A DNA stretch of 64,000 nt from Eledone cirrhosa (Eukaryota). A program made the translations under genes and the position numbers. Under the pieces are notes generated by a model. The model saw only the letters and a program-made list of their open reading frames with translations. It was not told the origin of the DNA and did no database searches. The stretch spans positions 184,698,001 to 184,762,000 of the forward strand of contig OZ024741.1 of the NCBI GenBank assembly GCA_964016885.1, written 5' to 3'. Position 1 is the first letter of the stretch; every line of letters begins with the position of its first letter. Shown one piece after another: positions 26,021 to 39,035 of this stretch.

Positions 26021-29000
26021 ATGGTCGTACTTAGAATAGGCAGTATAAATGTACGTGGCCTGTGGTCATCTTGGAAGCAGGGTCACCTGCTCAACGACAT
26101 TAGATCACTAAACATAGATGTGGTGGCCATCAGCGAGACCAGAATCTCTGAAGTACGAACCTTCGCACCGATATTCGGCGGCTACGATGTATACGCATCT
26201 CCCAGCCGTCCATGATCGAGGTGGGGGGGAGTTGCTGTGCTTTTTCGGAGAGGTTTCGATCTCGCCATACGGGCCATTTTCCTGGACCCAAAAGGAAAGT
26301 CGGTGGTGCTGGACGTGACCGGCAGCGAAGGCAATGCGTTCAGGCTAGTAGCCGTCAATACCCCAACAGGAGCAGGACGTCTAGATTTCTTCAGACGTCT
26401 AGAGACCTTTCTTGGATCGTCCCGCTCTTTAGTGTTAGTGGCTGGCTGAAACGGTATCTTAGTTGCATGCTGGTATTATGTGGTGCTAGTAGACAGGGCA
26501 GGAGGGTGTAAAAGCCTCAACAACCTTCTTAGGCGTTTTGAACTGTCTGACAGGTATAGACTAGGTTATCCGAATGTGCCAATGTGGACATGGGCAAACT
26601 GCATCGTGTCATCCAGATCATATTTAGATAGGGTATTATGTAAGGAAACAGATAAGGCTAGTGTAGGTTGTTCACATTTTAAAGTAGTCGACTACACGGA
26701 CCACAAATTTGTAATCTGTGAAGTTGACATAGATAGACTCCATAGGCAAGGGCCCGGTTACTGGAAGCTGAACGCATCGTTCCCGGTGCGCATAACTTAC
26801 AGAGACCGGATCAGCGAATCAGTTAAGCGTGCGTAGACGGGTGCGATCGAGGAGGTGGTTTACCCTGAAAAGGGCTATTAGAGTAGAATCCATAAGGTTT
26901 AGTAAAGGAGTAGTGATAGAGAGAAATAGAGTAGAGGGAGAGTTAGTTAGAAATCTAGAAGAAGCGTTTAGGACAGGCATCACAACCGACGTGCTTGCAG
27001 CGAGATTGGCACTCGACCAATTCTTCACCGCAAAGCGTTGTCAGAGCGCGTGCTCTAAGACGCGAGGTGACGAAAGCCGTTCAATGGGCTCGGGTGGTGG
27101 AGGCGCGACGTGGCAACAAGTCTACAATTCGGTCTTTGCCTGATCAAAACGGGCGCATGTTGCTCGAACCCGAGCAGATGTGTGCGGCTTTTCAACAGCA
27201 CTTAGCTCAATTGTTCGGGGGGTGGGGGGATCGGGGTATGGACTTCGGTGCATACCTCGACGGACTGCCGCAGCTCTCGACGATCACAGCGCAGTGCTGT
27301 GGAAAGCCTATAACAGCAGGTGAAATACGGGAAGCGATGTCTGACTGCACGAGGGGTAAATCGCCAGGTTTGGATGGTCTGCCCTACGAGCTTTATGCGT
27401 ATATGTCAGACTTGTTCGGTGACCTCTTGCCAGATGTCTCTACTGCAATTGGCAGCAGAACGGAATCATTCCAAGTTTTGTGAGCCGGGGAGCGGTGGCG
27501 CTGCTGAGAAAAGAGCCGAACAAGGTGGACGTTATAGACAACTTCAGGCCCATAACTCTGCTAAACGCATAGTTTAAGATTTTGGCCGAAGTGTTAGCAA
27601 AAGATTAGCGCTTGTCGTCGGTGATTTGGTGGGAGAGGCGCAGATATGCGCCATTCCGGACAGATCCATCCACGACACCTCCATCTCATGCGATACATCA
27701 TAGAAATGGTGGTTAAGGAACCTGGCACGGATGGGGCCCTGATCAACTTGCATCAATCTAAAGCATTTGATAGGGTCGACCATCGGTACCTGGCTGTGGT
27801 CCTCGAGGAGGCCAGCTTCGGGCCCATTTTTAGGGGCTGGATTGCTGCGATGCACAGCGACATGTGCTCGATTGTGAGGGTGAATGGTCACCTGTCGCAG
27901 CCTTTCAGCATCATGCGCTCGGTCCGCTAGGGTTGCCCCCATATCGTCCCTCATGTACGTACTGGCCCTGGAGCCGTTACTGCACAAATTGGAGACGATG
28001 ACAAACCCACGCGAACTGGGATGCTGGAGATCCGGGTCAGCCTACCCCGACACGTCACCGTGATGGTGTCGATCACCAAACTTGTCCAGATGCTCGGCAC
28101 CACTCTCAAGGAATACGAAGCGGTGACAGGAGCAAAGATAAACCAGGAAAAGTTGGTGGGCTTGCAGCTCGGCACCTGGAGAGGCAAGTCCATGCGGTCC
28201 GACAGCGTCGTGGGGCTTTGGACGGAAGGACCGGTTAAATTTCTCGGTATCTGGTTCGGTCCGGTCCTCCAGATGGAGAAAAACTGGAGCGAGGTGACGA
28301 GCAGGGTGGCCTCCCTCACCCAGAAATGGGCTGAGAGGAAGCTGTCCCTGAAAGGCCGGGCGGAGGTGGCGAATGCGTACATAGCGTCCGTCATCGGGTA
28401 CCGCCGGACCGTTGTACCTTGCCCCCGCCCAACTCTGACCAAATTGGAGCTTCTTCTCTTCCGTTTTTAATGGAAGGGGCGTGCTCTGATGGTCAGAAGA
28501 TCCATTTGCTGTCAACACTCGTTGCGTGGAGGACTAGGCATGCCGTGGCTGATGATGCGGTGAGGCTGCGACATCTCTGGTGCTTTCTTGACGGTGAACA
28601 GGTGTGCTTGCCATTTGCCAGACGCGCTTTTTCCCAGCTCGTCTCCTTGACGGATCTGAAGTCTTGGAGCAGGAAAAGACCGAGGGATAGCGCTTGGAAG
28701 CTGGAATGTCTCCAAGTGCTCACCGCCCTCTACCAGCTGGGTACTAGTATCGGTGTAATATCCACCTGGGCGTTCTATAGAGGGCTAGTGCAGGGAAAGA
28801 GTGACGACACTTTCGGGGAGACCCTTGGCGTCGAAGACGATCAGCTGTTCGCTGTCTTTAAGAGAAATTTCAGACCGGGGCCTATGGACAACTTCCAGAA
28901 ATCCCTGGCCTGGCAGTGCTACCGGGGAGCGTTGCCGGTTCGGGATAAGCTCTACAGGCACGGAGGTGCTGTCAGCCCAGCCTGTCCGAGATGCGCACAG

Positions 29001-29383
29001 GACGACGAAACCGTCCTGCACGCACTCGTTCAGTGCCAGAGGATTGCTGACTTGTGTAAGTGTCGAACAGCTGCTGTCGCGTGTAGGATGGTCTCACCAT
29101 TGTGCAGATGGTCTCACCGTCTTCCTTCGAGGAGGAAGATCAGGCAGTTTTCATCTGCCTGGTGGCCATGGCGTAAGAGATTGTGTGGTGGACAAGGTTG
29201 AAAGGGTTGAAGACGGATACTTTCCTCTTCGGCCAATCCCTGATTAACTTTTTCAAGTTTCACTTGAAGAGGAAAATCAGGGTGGAGAGGCAAGTGTTGT
29301 CTTGTAGTAAGTTTATTGAAAGTTGGGTGAAAGGGGCGAGTCTAGTCCGAGTGAACGGGCTCGCCCTGAGTATGCGCTTGTAG
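26021..29383 (+). pseudogene. Tx1 ORF2: AP endonuclease + reverse transcriptase + zinc knuckle, disrupted
   Basis: MVVLRIGSINVRGL, DVVAISET, SRSYLDR, TDH, GPGYWKLN, GKSPGLDGLPYELY, NFRPITLLN, SKAFDRVDH, SVRxGCP, CPRCAQDDETVLHALVQC. Many stops and frameshifts; YADD region not recognisable. Confidence 0.9.
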
Positions 29384-29793
29384 ACTGAGTAGTGGCAAAA
29401 CTGAGAGAGGGCGCTTGCTCTGGTGGTCAGGGTGGCCTTGGTCTTTTTTGTGGTTTTCGCCACGAGTGGCCCTCGGAAGTTTCCCCCCCTATTTGGGAAT
29501 TTTTGTTGTTTGAATTTTTTTGATATTTCTATTTTTTTTACACGGCCAAAACCCACTTTCTATCGTCCTGTACCCTTCTGTGCCGTCTGTACTGTTTTTC
29601 TTCATGTTAGGCCTTGTGACCAATAAAGAAACCATTATTATTATTATTATTATTGAATGAATATGGTTTTATAAATATAGTTTCCATTTATTTAATATCA
29701 TTGAATATTTACTCCATAAATTTGTCGAGTGCTCTGAATCAGTTATAAACATTTATATTTGTTGAATTTCCAACAAATTAAATATCCCTTCTA

Positions 29794-29844
<51 letters not shown>

Positions 29845-30414
29845 AATATGGGGAGAAGAATACTGCAAGGTTGCACATGGATTACATATTTCAAAAATTA
29901 GCCCCTCATCAGTGATTTGCCAACGATCATTGGTATTTCATCGCATATATATATATATATATATATATAAGGAGCTCTTAAGAGTCAATGGCCATCCAAA
30001 ATCACCGGGAGAGATGACCCCTTAGCCTTTGTCAAGGCAGAATTCTAGGAGAAGGAAAACTCTGATATAACACCTGCAAACCTGATGGTATCCAATGATG
30101 TTGACTTGTTCTTCTTTTTGGTAAATATCATCTTGGTTAAGAGAGTGGGACTGGCTTTGTGCAGTGCCTTTGCTCACTATAAAAGCTTCACGGCACAGGC
30201 ATTGCTTTATATCTGGAGATCTCTCTGCACTTGTCGTCACATGGTACCATGGGCCCAGCACTATGTGTCAACAATTGTCACAAGTGTAGTGTTTGTACCA
30301 GAGTCTTCAAGTCGCTGGCTGGACTAAAAAGTCACACTTGTTCAGCACATCGGTAGGGGTTCTCCTACATGGATATAAAGTAGTGGCCGTACTCGAAAAC
30401 GAGTTGGCAGCCAC

Positions 30415-30500
<86 letters not shown>

Positions 30501-30506
<6 letters not shown>

Positions 30507-31925
30507 TTAGTTAAGCAAAACAAGGCCACAAACTTCACAAGGAAGACATTATTAAAAGATTGTCAACATTTTTTAATTTGATGTAAGGAATGTAGAGAAT
30601 AATAATAATAATATTAATAATAATAATGTCGGTTTACAATTGTTTCGCTACTCCATATGATATTTTTGGATCAGATGACTATATAGCATAATTGATCTGG
30701 TACAGTTGAAAATTATTAAAGTATTTAAAAAACAGAGTGTCTCATCGGACTTCAAAATAATATAAATTAAAATAATGGGATAATGTTACATAATATAATG
30801 TTCCCTATATTGGTTTTTACTATGGTGTCTTGGTTGCATCAGTTGTCAGCCATAATCAAGCAGTATTCAACTGTCGAGGCTGCATTGTGTGAGATCTGCC
30901 TATGGGTAACAAGATGGCTGCCAAGGGCATATTTACCTTACTGACTAGAGGGTGGTTTCAGGGGAAGTAACTTCTCGAGAGATTAGAAATTGTGAGTGTT
31001 TATAGTTAAGTGCTAATTTTTATATTTTTTAATTGAGAGACAATGTAGGGGAGGTAACTTATAATTATCTAAATTGTTCATAGCAATTTAACTTATTAGC
31101 TACAAGTAAAAATGGGGCTACATGACTAAGTTGGGTCAAAAATTCTATTGGCGAAGGAATTTGCCCTTCGATGTTGACAGCTAATAGTTACCTCCGTTCT
31201 ATCGTTAATCGGTAGAGGTCGTGATAGAGTTATGTAATATGCTTCCGTAACACAGAGATCACAAGATTTTCTTCGTCCATTGAACGGTTGGGCCCTAGAC
31301 ACGATATCCCATTTTAGTGAGTGTTGAACGTTGTTTATTTAAGGTTTTTAATGAGCCTAGCTAGCGATGTCGAACATCTGTTGCTAGGGTCTCGCAAGGA
31401 AACAGAGTGCGCATTATAGCGTACCTTAAAAGGGTTAGAGGTAGACTCGATATAGGAGCTGGTATTCGAAGCAGTCTCAACCGTGCACCTATAGACTATG
31501 TTGGGTGTCAGGCAGTGTCCATTTAATGGGCATGCATTGGGGTAACGGCAGTTGCAGTTTTTCTGCGGTTAGTGAGAGTAGGGTAGTTTAAGCTAAGCGG
31601 TAGGTCCGTACTAGAAGGATTAGATGGGGGAGGTATGCTACTAGAGTAATTATTGGTGTAGTGGCATGGTGTATTTGATAGGGGTGGTGGTACCGCGGTG
31701 TGGGAGTTATACTCTCTTAGCTTATGTTGGTTACTGAACGCGATGTGGCTAGCTAGGTTAGGTGTTGACATTAGAATGAGATTTTAATGTTATTTTTATT
31801 AAAGAGCTTGTAATATCTATGGTTGGGGAGGGGGAGAGTGTTTGGATAGGATAGAGAAGAAGCGTTTGGGGATATTAGTGGCTAGTGTAGATGAGAATGG
31901 GGGGGGGGAGCCAAGTGATATTTCC
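30501..31925 (-). mobile_element. Second PLE copy (3' 1.4 kb: GIY-YIG + 3' region), same family as 13801-17498
   Basis: Reverse complement aligns with ~15683-17498 minus the two SINEs; ends at the same AATGAATA base next to (TA)n. Confidence 0.92.
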
Positions 31926-32150
31926 TTGCCACCGAGCAAACTATGGTGCGCTTTCATCAGATAAAATATAATATAGGTTAGTTTTATAAAGGAAATTCCA
32001 ACCAGAATGGTTGCATTTTTTAAGGGTATGTCAATATTTATTTATAAAACTAAACTATATTATATTTTATCTGATGAAAGCGTACCATGAAATATGTATA
32101 ATGAAATAAATATGGTTTTATAAATATAGTTTCTATTAGTTAATATATTG
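31925..32150. mobile_element. Inverted pair of hammerhead-bearing PLE-type terminal fragments (family H1)
   Basis: 31943-31990 is the reverse complement of 32041-32088; 31991-32150 matches 59849-60030. Confidence 0.7.
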
Positions 32151-32170
32151 TACATATGTATATATATATA

Positions 32171-32202
<32 letters not shown>

Positions 32203-32256
32203 TAGGAGAGTGTGCTTGTTTATATATGTGTGTATATATACGACAAACTAGGAGAA

Positions 32257-32557
32257 TTAACAAGGTATAACAATACAATACAATGATGATAACTTAGTTT
32301 AACGTTTGATAGAGTTGGAAAAGAGGAAACAGCTTTAACTTTTCGCAAGCTAGTCCTTCATCGGAAGATTGGTTGAGGAAAAGTAAAGAGGGTGTTTGGA
32401 GGGGAGAAGAACAATCAAGCTTGATGGGAAGAAAATATGAAAGAAAACCGATTTGGAGAACATGCCTGTTGTTGTTAGTCATATATATGTGGGGGTGGGG
32501 GTGGGGGTGGTGGTGGGGGTGCTTGTATGCATATTATAATAAAAATAATAATAATAA
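32257..32557 (-). repeat. Left arm of a ~280-bp inverted repeat (partner 44937-45255), PLE-terminus-like
   Basis: Highly similar reverse-complement match; contains the degenerate hammerhead-like motif CCGATGA-AGGACTAGCTTGC-GAAA. Confidence 0.85.
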
Positions 32558-33136
32558 TTGTTTCTACGTTTGGCACAAGGCCAGCAAATACTCAGTGCAT
32601 CACTGGTACTTTATTTTATCGACTCCGTAAGGATGAAAGGCAAAGTTAACCTCGACGGGATTTGAACTCAGATCGTAAGATCGTAAAGGGACGTAACTAT
32701 GCTGGAAAGCATGGCGTCCGACCTTCTACCGATACTGCCAAATCAATAATAATAATAATAATAATGATAATAATAATTGTTTCTACGTTAGGCACAAGGC
32801 CAGCAATTACCCAGTGTATTACTGGTACTCTATTTTATCGGTAATACACTGGGTATGTTGCTGGCCTTGTGCCTAACGTAGAAACAAAATAATAATAATA
32901 ATTGTTTCTACGTTTGGTACAAGGCCAGCAATTAACCAGTGCATTACTGATAATTTATTTTATCGACCCCGTAAGGATGAAATGCAAAGTTAACCTTTCA
33001 TCCCATTATTATTATTATTACATTCTGAGTTCAAATCCCGCCGAGTTTAACTTTGCCTTTCATCCTTACGGGTTCGATAAAATAAAGTACCAGTATGCAA
33101 TGGGTAATTGCTGGCCTTGTGCCAAACGTAGAAACA

Positions 33137-33137
<1 letters not shown>
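32555..33137. mobile_element. Cluster of five SINE S1 copies/fragments in both orientations
   Basis: About 32555-32741 (-), 32772-32840 (-), 32841-32886 (+), 32898-32996 (-), 33022-33137 (+), mostly separated by AAT/ATT runs. Confidence 0.85.
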
Positions 33138-33169
<32 letters not shown>

Positions 33170-33181
33170 GTTATTGTTATT

Positions 33182-36100
33182 CCTTGAATCTCAGTCATTG
33201 ATGTTGGTTAACTGGAAAGTCCGTTGGATTGAATATCAAGCCACTACCTGCAGCCTCAGATATTCAGGACGTATCGGAGGGTTCTTGCCGTTCCAAGCAA
33301 GCATGCCTTTTGAAGCGTTCCAAAAAGCGTGAAGGGGCCGATTTTCTTTAACCATCCCTGGAAACCTTTGGAGATAGTCCCCAGTGCGCCTATGACAATC
33401 GGGATCACTTTGACTTCATGGCAGTTCCAAATCCTTTTCACCTCCCACTTTAGGTCCTGGTATCGGTTAATTTTCTCCCTCTCCTTCTCTTGCACTCTCG
33501 TGTCGAACGGGCAGGCCACATCCACAATCAGGCACGATCTTTTTTCTTTGTCCACAACCACCAGGTCAGGTCTATTGTGCTCCAGTTTTTTGTCCGTCTG
33601 TATCCTAAAATCCCACAGCACCTTCACCTGACTGTTCTCCATCACCGCCTCTGGCCTATGCTCATACCATTTCTCAGAATGTGGTAGATTGTTTACTTTG
33701 CACAGGTGCCAGTGGATCACCCTGCCCATCACATCGTGTCTCCAGCCCTTATAGTGGGTCTGGGCTAGGTGTTTACACTCGGACACAATGTGAGCCACAG
33801 TCTCCTCTCTCTCTCCACAGATCCTGCACAGTGGGCTAGCCTCCTCCTTGTAGATATGGTGCTTCAACCACTTCGTTTTGAGGGCCTGCTCCTGCGCAGG
33901 CATTAGCATTCCTTCTGTAGCCTTTTTGAGGTCTCCTCTTCTCAACCAGTTCCATGTCTGTGGATCTCTAAATTCAGTTTTCTCAAAGAAGGTACTATGA
34001 AGGGATTTTCCCTTAAGGCTGCTCTTCCTCCTTGATGTTATTTCCTCCTTGGGTATCCCCTGGCCTACTGTCCCCTCCTTCAGTACAGCTCTGAGCATTG
34101 GCTCCTTACTATAGGTCACGTATTTGTATAGGTTGTTTTTCTCCATCTGAACACAGTCCTCTATGCTGATAAGACCTCTTCCACCCTCAGATCTCCTTAG
34201 GTAGAGTCTATCGACATCACTCCTCTTGTGGAACATGTTGTAGATAGTCAATAGCTTCCTAGTCTTCCTATCCATTTCTTTTTGTTCAGCAACATTCCAT
34301 CTCAGAATTCCCGCACTGTACCTAATAATAGACACAGCTCGGGAATTTACTGCGCTTATGGCATTTCTGCTGTTCAGATGTGACTTCAATACGCTCCTTA
34401 CTCTCCGAATGTATTCAGTTCTTAACAATTCCTTCATTTTTTTGTTCTTTATGCCATCAGCCTCCAGAACGCCCAAATACTTGTATCCTTCCTCAGAGTC
34501 AATTTCCTTTATCATCTCACCTGTTGGTATCTGGATCCCGTTACTTCTGCTCAACCTACCCCTCCTCATCACAATGACTCCACATTTACCAATACCAAAC
34601 TGCATACATATATCACTGCTGAAAATACGGACAGTGTCAACAAGCACATCCAACTCCTTCTCACTTTTCCCGAAGAGCTTAAGATCGTCCATGAAGAGGA
34701 GGTGATTGATGGTAAGCTCTCCCCTTCCCAACTTGTATCCTGCTCTCACTTTTCGCAGCATAATGGTCAAGGGCATCAGGGCAAGGACAAACAACAGAGG
34801 GGACAGGCTATCTCCCTGGAAGATACCTCTCTTGATCTTCACGCTTCCCAAGGATACTCCAGTTGATGTCAACTCTGTCTCCCAGGACCCCATACTCCTG
34901 CCCAGCAACTGTCTGATGTTATCTGCCACCCTGAAGATCTCCAGGCTTTTGGTGATCCAGGAATGAGGCACCATGTCAAATGCCTTTCTGTAGTCTATCC
35001 ATCCCATGGCAAGATCAGTGTGTCTCCTCCTGCAATTCCCCATTACCATCTTATCAATAAGCAACTGGTCCTTTGTACCACGTGACTTCTTTCGGCATCC
35101 TTTCTGTTCGTCCGGCAACAAGTTGTTTGTGTGGAGGTGATGGTAGATTTCCTCAGACACAATGCTCGTCAACAGTTTCCACATTACGGGCAGACATGTG
35201 ATAGGTCTATAGTTGGTAACATCATTACCCTTGATTCGGTCTTTCATTATCAGAACTGTGGTACCTTTTGTCAACCACTCTGGCACCTCACCCGACACCA
35301 AGCAGTCATTGAACATGGCCGTCAGCTTCGGGTGGAGGGATGTTAAATGTTTAATCCAATACCCCTGCACACCATCTGGGCCTGGTGATTTCCAGTTGGT
35401 TAGTTTTTTGGCTTGCCCCTTAAGAGTTTCAACTGTGATACTCAAATCAGTCTGTTGCTGTGCCTGCTCACCGATCTCCCTCTGTACTGTCTCAATCCAC
35501 CCTGCCTGGGCATTGTGTCTAACATCCTGCTCCCATATTCTTCTCCAGAATGTTTTAGCTTGTTCCGCCCCAGGGATCAAGTCGTTGCCTCTTTCTTTCC
35601 CCTCAAGCTGTCCAAACAGCATCTTCTGGTTGTTGTCGAACATGCGGTTCTGTTTATACTGACTGACTCTGTTCTCGTATCGCCTGATTTTGGCACTCTT
35701 TGCTACAATGCGTTGCTTCAATTCCTCTATGATAATATTTAGCTTTTTACTCCTAGTTTTGTATTTTATTTCCAGTCTATTTTTAGTGCCTATGTTTTTT
35801 AGTGTCCCATTCAGTAGTGACTCAAGCTTTCCTATGTCATTTCTCATTTCCCCGATTTGCCCACTCAGTCGCTTCTTCCACCACGGCTCTGCTCTTTCTT
35901 GTCTGTTGTTTCCTCTCGCTTTTATACCAAGTAGTTTCCTCACCGTATTTGCTGTTGCTTTGAGGATGTTGTTGCACTGGTGAAGACTCCTCGCCTCAAG
36001 GTATGGGATGACTTTGTTTACCTTAGCTGTTGTTTCTTTTAACTTTTTCCTGTCTACAAATCTTAGGTTCATAGGTCTCCCACTATCATTGTTCAACTCA

Positions 36101-36556
36101 TCTACCACTAAATTTAGGATGTCAACCGAATCTTGTCCTAGCCCGTCAGCATTCATCTCCTCAGTGGCCGTTTCTCTGTTCCAGGTATTATTTATCTCAG
36201 TATTCAGATCATTGTCTGCTTCGGGTGGTTCCTCCGTTCTCAGGACCTCCTCACCTTCATTTCCCGCCGGCTCGCTTGTCTGGCATACTACACCCGCCAT
36301 CTCCAAGCCATTCTCTCTGCTCAGTTCCTCCAGTTCCAGCTCGCTTATCCACCCATTAGTTCTTATTACCCGAGCCTGCCCGGCCAATTTTTGTTCATCT
36401 AATTTAAATAAACCAATCTCGTTCCAGATGTTATGCATCCGTCTCCTGTAGCCCCTCTCCTTGGGGTTACTTTTCAGGTAGCATTGCATAACAGTTCTAT
36501 TCAATTCTTTCGTCCAGTTGGTTCTGGCCCCTTTCCTTCTTCTTCTTCCTCCAACA

Positions 36557-36558
<2 letters not shown>
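33182..36558 (-). mobile_element. R4/Dong-type REL non-LTR retrotransposon, family A, slightly 5'-truncated
   Basis: Single long ORF, short 3' UTR, (TAA)n on both sides in element orientation. Dong elements are known (TAA)n-specific R4-clade elements. Confidence 0.9.
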
Positions 36559-36596
<38 letters not shown>

Positions 36597-36639
36597 AGCT
36601 GCATTTATCTTGCTTTATATTCATACGAGTTATCACCAT
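33256..36639 (-). CDS. Uninterrupted RT + CCHC + PD-(D/E)xK restriction-like endonuclease polyprotein (1127 aa from first in-frame ATG)
   Basis: WKSPGPDGVQGYW, NYRPITCL, EQKG, WIDYRKAFD, GIFQGDSLSPLLF, LLFMDDLKL, YKYLG, GGRGL, CRICGEREETVAHIVSEC, RHD, RPDLVV..IVDVACP..EKINRYQDL. The N-terminal ~27 codons come from the neighbour's 3' UTR and (AAT)n. Confidence 0.9.
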
Positions 36640-38997
36640 GTCACAACCAGTGACCTCAAGAGACAACAAGGTCCGCCATCTTCAAGAAAGAACATACATA
36701 CTCACACATGCATCTTTAGTGTTTAGACTTGTGATCTACTTATATTGACAGATTCTTCCTTAGTATATGGGCAGTTCCCATTAGTACTATCTTTTGTATT
36801 TCTCCTATACGCGGGTTTCCTGGGATTTGCGATAAGTAATCATTAGACCCCTTAGGTATCATTCCTAGAGCGCCTACAACTACTGGTATTGTTTTAGTTC
36901 TCAATTTCCACATTTTTCCAATTTCTATGTCCAGGTCCTTATACTTGCCCAATTTTTCAAATGTTTTTATAGATACATTCTTGTCTATTTGAACGGACAT
37001 ATCAATTAGCAGGCATACCCTCTTTTTAAAGTCCTTCAATATTATATCAGGTCTATTTGCATCTATTTTTCGGTCTGTTTTGATGCTAAAGTTCCACAAG
37101 ATTGAGATGTGATCTTTTTCAAGTATGGGAGGTGGTTGATGCTCCCACCAATTCTTTTGATGGGGCAGGTCAAAATGCTTACACATTATCCAATGTATGT
37201 ATTGTGCAACTCTGTCATGCCTGTTTAGGTATTCGGTTGGACTGAATATTGAAATTATATGGTCAATGGTCTCTGGTTGTTTTTTACATACACGGCACAA
37301 TGGGTTGCATCCATTTTTTATTATGTTGGCTTGGTAATTTTTTGTTAGCAGACACTGATCTTGTGCTGATATAATCAGTCCTTCCGTCTCCGATTTCAGT
37401 CCAGAGGATGCCAACCACTGATGGGTTAAAGTTTTGTCAACATCAGGATTGTTAGCTCGTTCTGGGTATTTTCCATACAGAGGCTTTTCTTGCCATTTCT
37501 TAGCCAGTTTCTGTAGCAGTTCTTTCTTTGCAGTTACTTTTACCTGCTTTGCTTTTTCTGTGTTTTCCATTTCAGCAGTAAATGGGACTTCTGAAATGTG
37601 TAGTCGATTACTGTATCTTTGTGCATCTTTTGTAATGGAATATGATCTTTTGATGCTTTCGTGTTTCAAAACGAGTTTGATCATCCAATCATGTGATTCC
37701 CTTAGATATGTAGATAATCCAATTGTTGCAGTTTTCAACGCAATGTCTAACTGGATTAACCCACGTCCTCCTTCTTTCCTAGGGAGATATATTCTATCTG
37801 TATCTGCCTTAGGGTGATGCATTCTGTGCATGGTTAAGAATTTTCTAATTTTTGTATCGAGCCTACGGATCTCTGTGCTTGACCAGTTGATGACATTGTA
37901 ACTGTAGGTTACTACTGGTATGGCAAGCGTGTTTATGGCATCGATCCTATTCCTTGCATTCAATTCCGTTCTTAACATTGCTCTTACTCTGCGGTAACAT
38001 TCCTTCCTTATCCTTTCCCTCATTGTCGAGTGCTTGATTCCGTCTCCTTCACAAACACCTAGATATTTGTAACTTTCCTCTTGATCAAGTTCTCTTATCA
38101 CATTCCCTCGATCAAGATTAATGTCTGAACTCTTCAGGAGCTTTCCTCTGGTGAACGTTGCTTTGGCGCATTTATATAGTCCAAACTCCATTTTAATGTC
38201 ATCACTGAACTACTCCACAGTGGATAATAGCCCTTGCAATTGTTCATCATTTTTTGCAAAGAGTTTCAGGTCATCCATGTAGAACAAGTGATTAATGGTT
38301 TTATCATAGACTTTATATCCATGTTTTGTTTCATTGAGCATTTTACTTAATGGTATACGTGCGATGCAGAATAAAGCGGTGATAAAGAGTCACCCTGAAA
38401 AATTCCACAATTAATATTAACTTCTCCAGCTTCCAGTGATTTTGTTTCACTATTCAAAAGGAGTGTCGTTTTCCATATCTTCATACTGAATGACAAAAAC
38501 CTCCTGACAACGGGGGATATTTTGAAAATCTCTAAACAATTTTTCAATCCAACTGTGTGGCAAACTATCGAATGCTTTTTTATAATCTATCCAAGCAATT
38601 GATAGATTTTTGTGTCTATTATGACAATCTTCCAGTATCATTTTGTTAACCAAAAGCTGATCCTTACAGCCATATGAGCCTCGTTTACAGCCTTTCTGCT
38701 CAATGGGAAATAGGTCATTTGTTATCAGGTGGTCATATGTATATTCAGTTAGGACTGATGTTAAAATTTTATACATTGTGGTCAAGCAAGTTATCGGTAT
38801 GTAATTTTTGGGATTGTTTGTCTCATCATTCTTCGGAAGCAGGAATGTAATGCCGTTAACTAGCCATGATGGTATCTTTTCTGGCTCCTTAACTATTTCA
38901 TTGTAAAGTTGGGCTAACAGCTCATGAGACTCTGTGAAGGCATTTATCCAAACATTTTGTATTTTGTCCTTTCCTGGGGAATTCCATTTGCTGGTTT
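36596..38997 (-). mobile_element. R4/Dong-type element, family B, copy B1 (5'-truncated, frameshifted)
   Basis: ORFs 38450..39136, 38347..38547, 36740..38191; HLFYMDDLKLF at ~38260-38295; RHD and RPD motifs. Confidence 0.9.
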
Positions 38998-39035
38998 TAT
39001 TATTATTATTAATATTATTATTATTATTATTATTA

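Larger units (their letters stand above)
23915..29654 (+). mobile_element. Tx1/L1-clade LINE, apparently full length, degenerate, flanked by (ATT)n
   Basis: 5' UTR, ORF1, ORF2 (APE-RT-CCHC), 3' UTR ending GGCCTTGTGACCAATAAAGAAACC(ATT)n. Confidence 0.92.

Noticed and set aside
29880-29920. Minus-strand CTGATGA-GGGGCTAATTTTT-GAAATATGTA
   Set aside because: Stem II is only G-U pairs and stem I is unpaired; at most a decayed motif.
32555-33137. Repeat cluster superficially like a CRISPR array
   Set aside because: SINE fragments in mixed orientation, no regular repeat-spacer period, eukaryotic context, no cas genes.
33329-36748. Plus-strand ORFs of 65-149 aa
   Set aside because: Antisense shadows of the Dong ORF.
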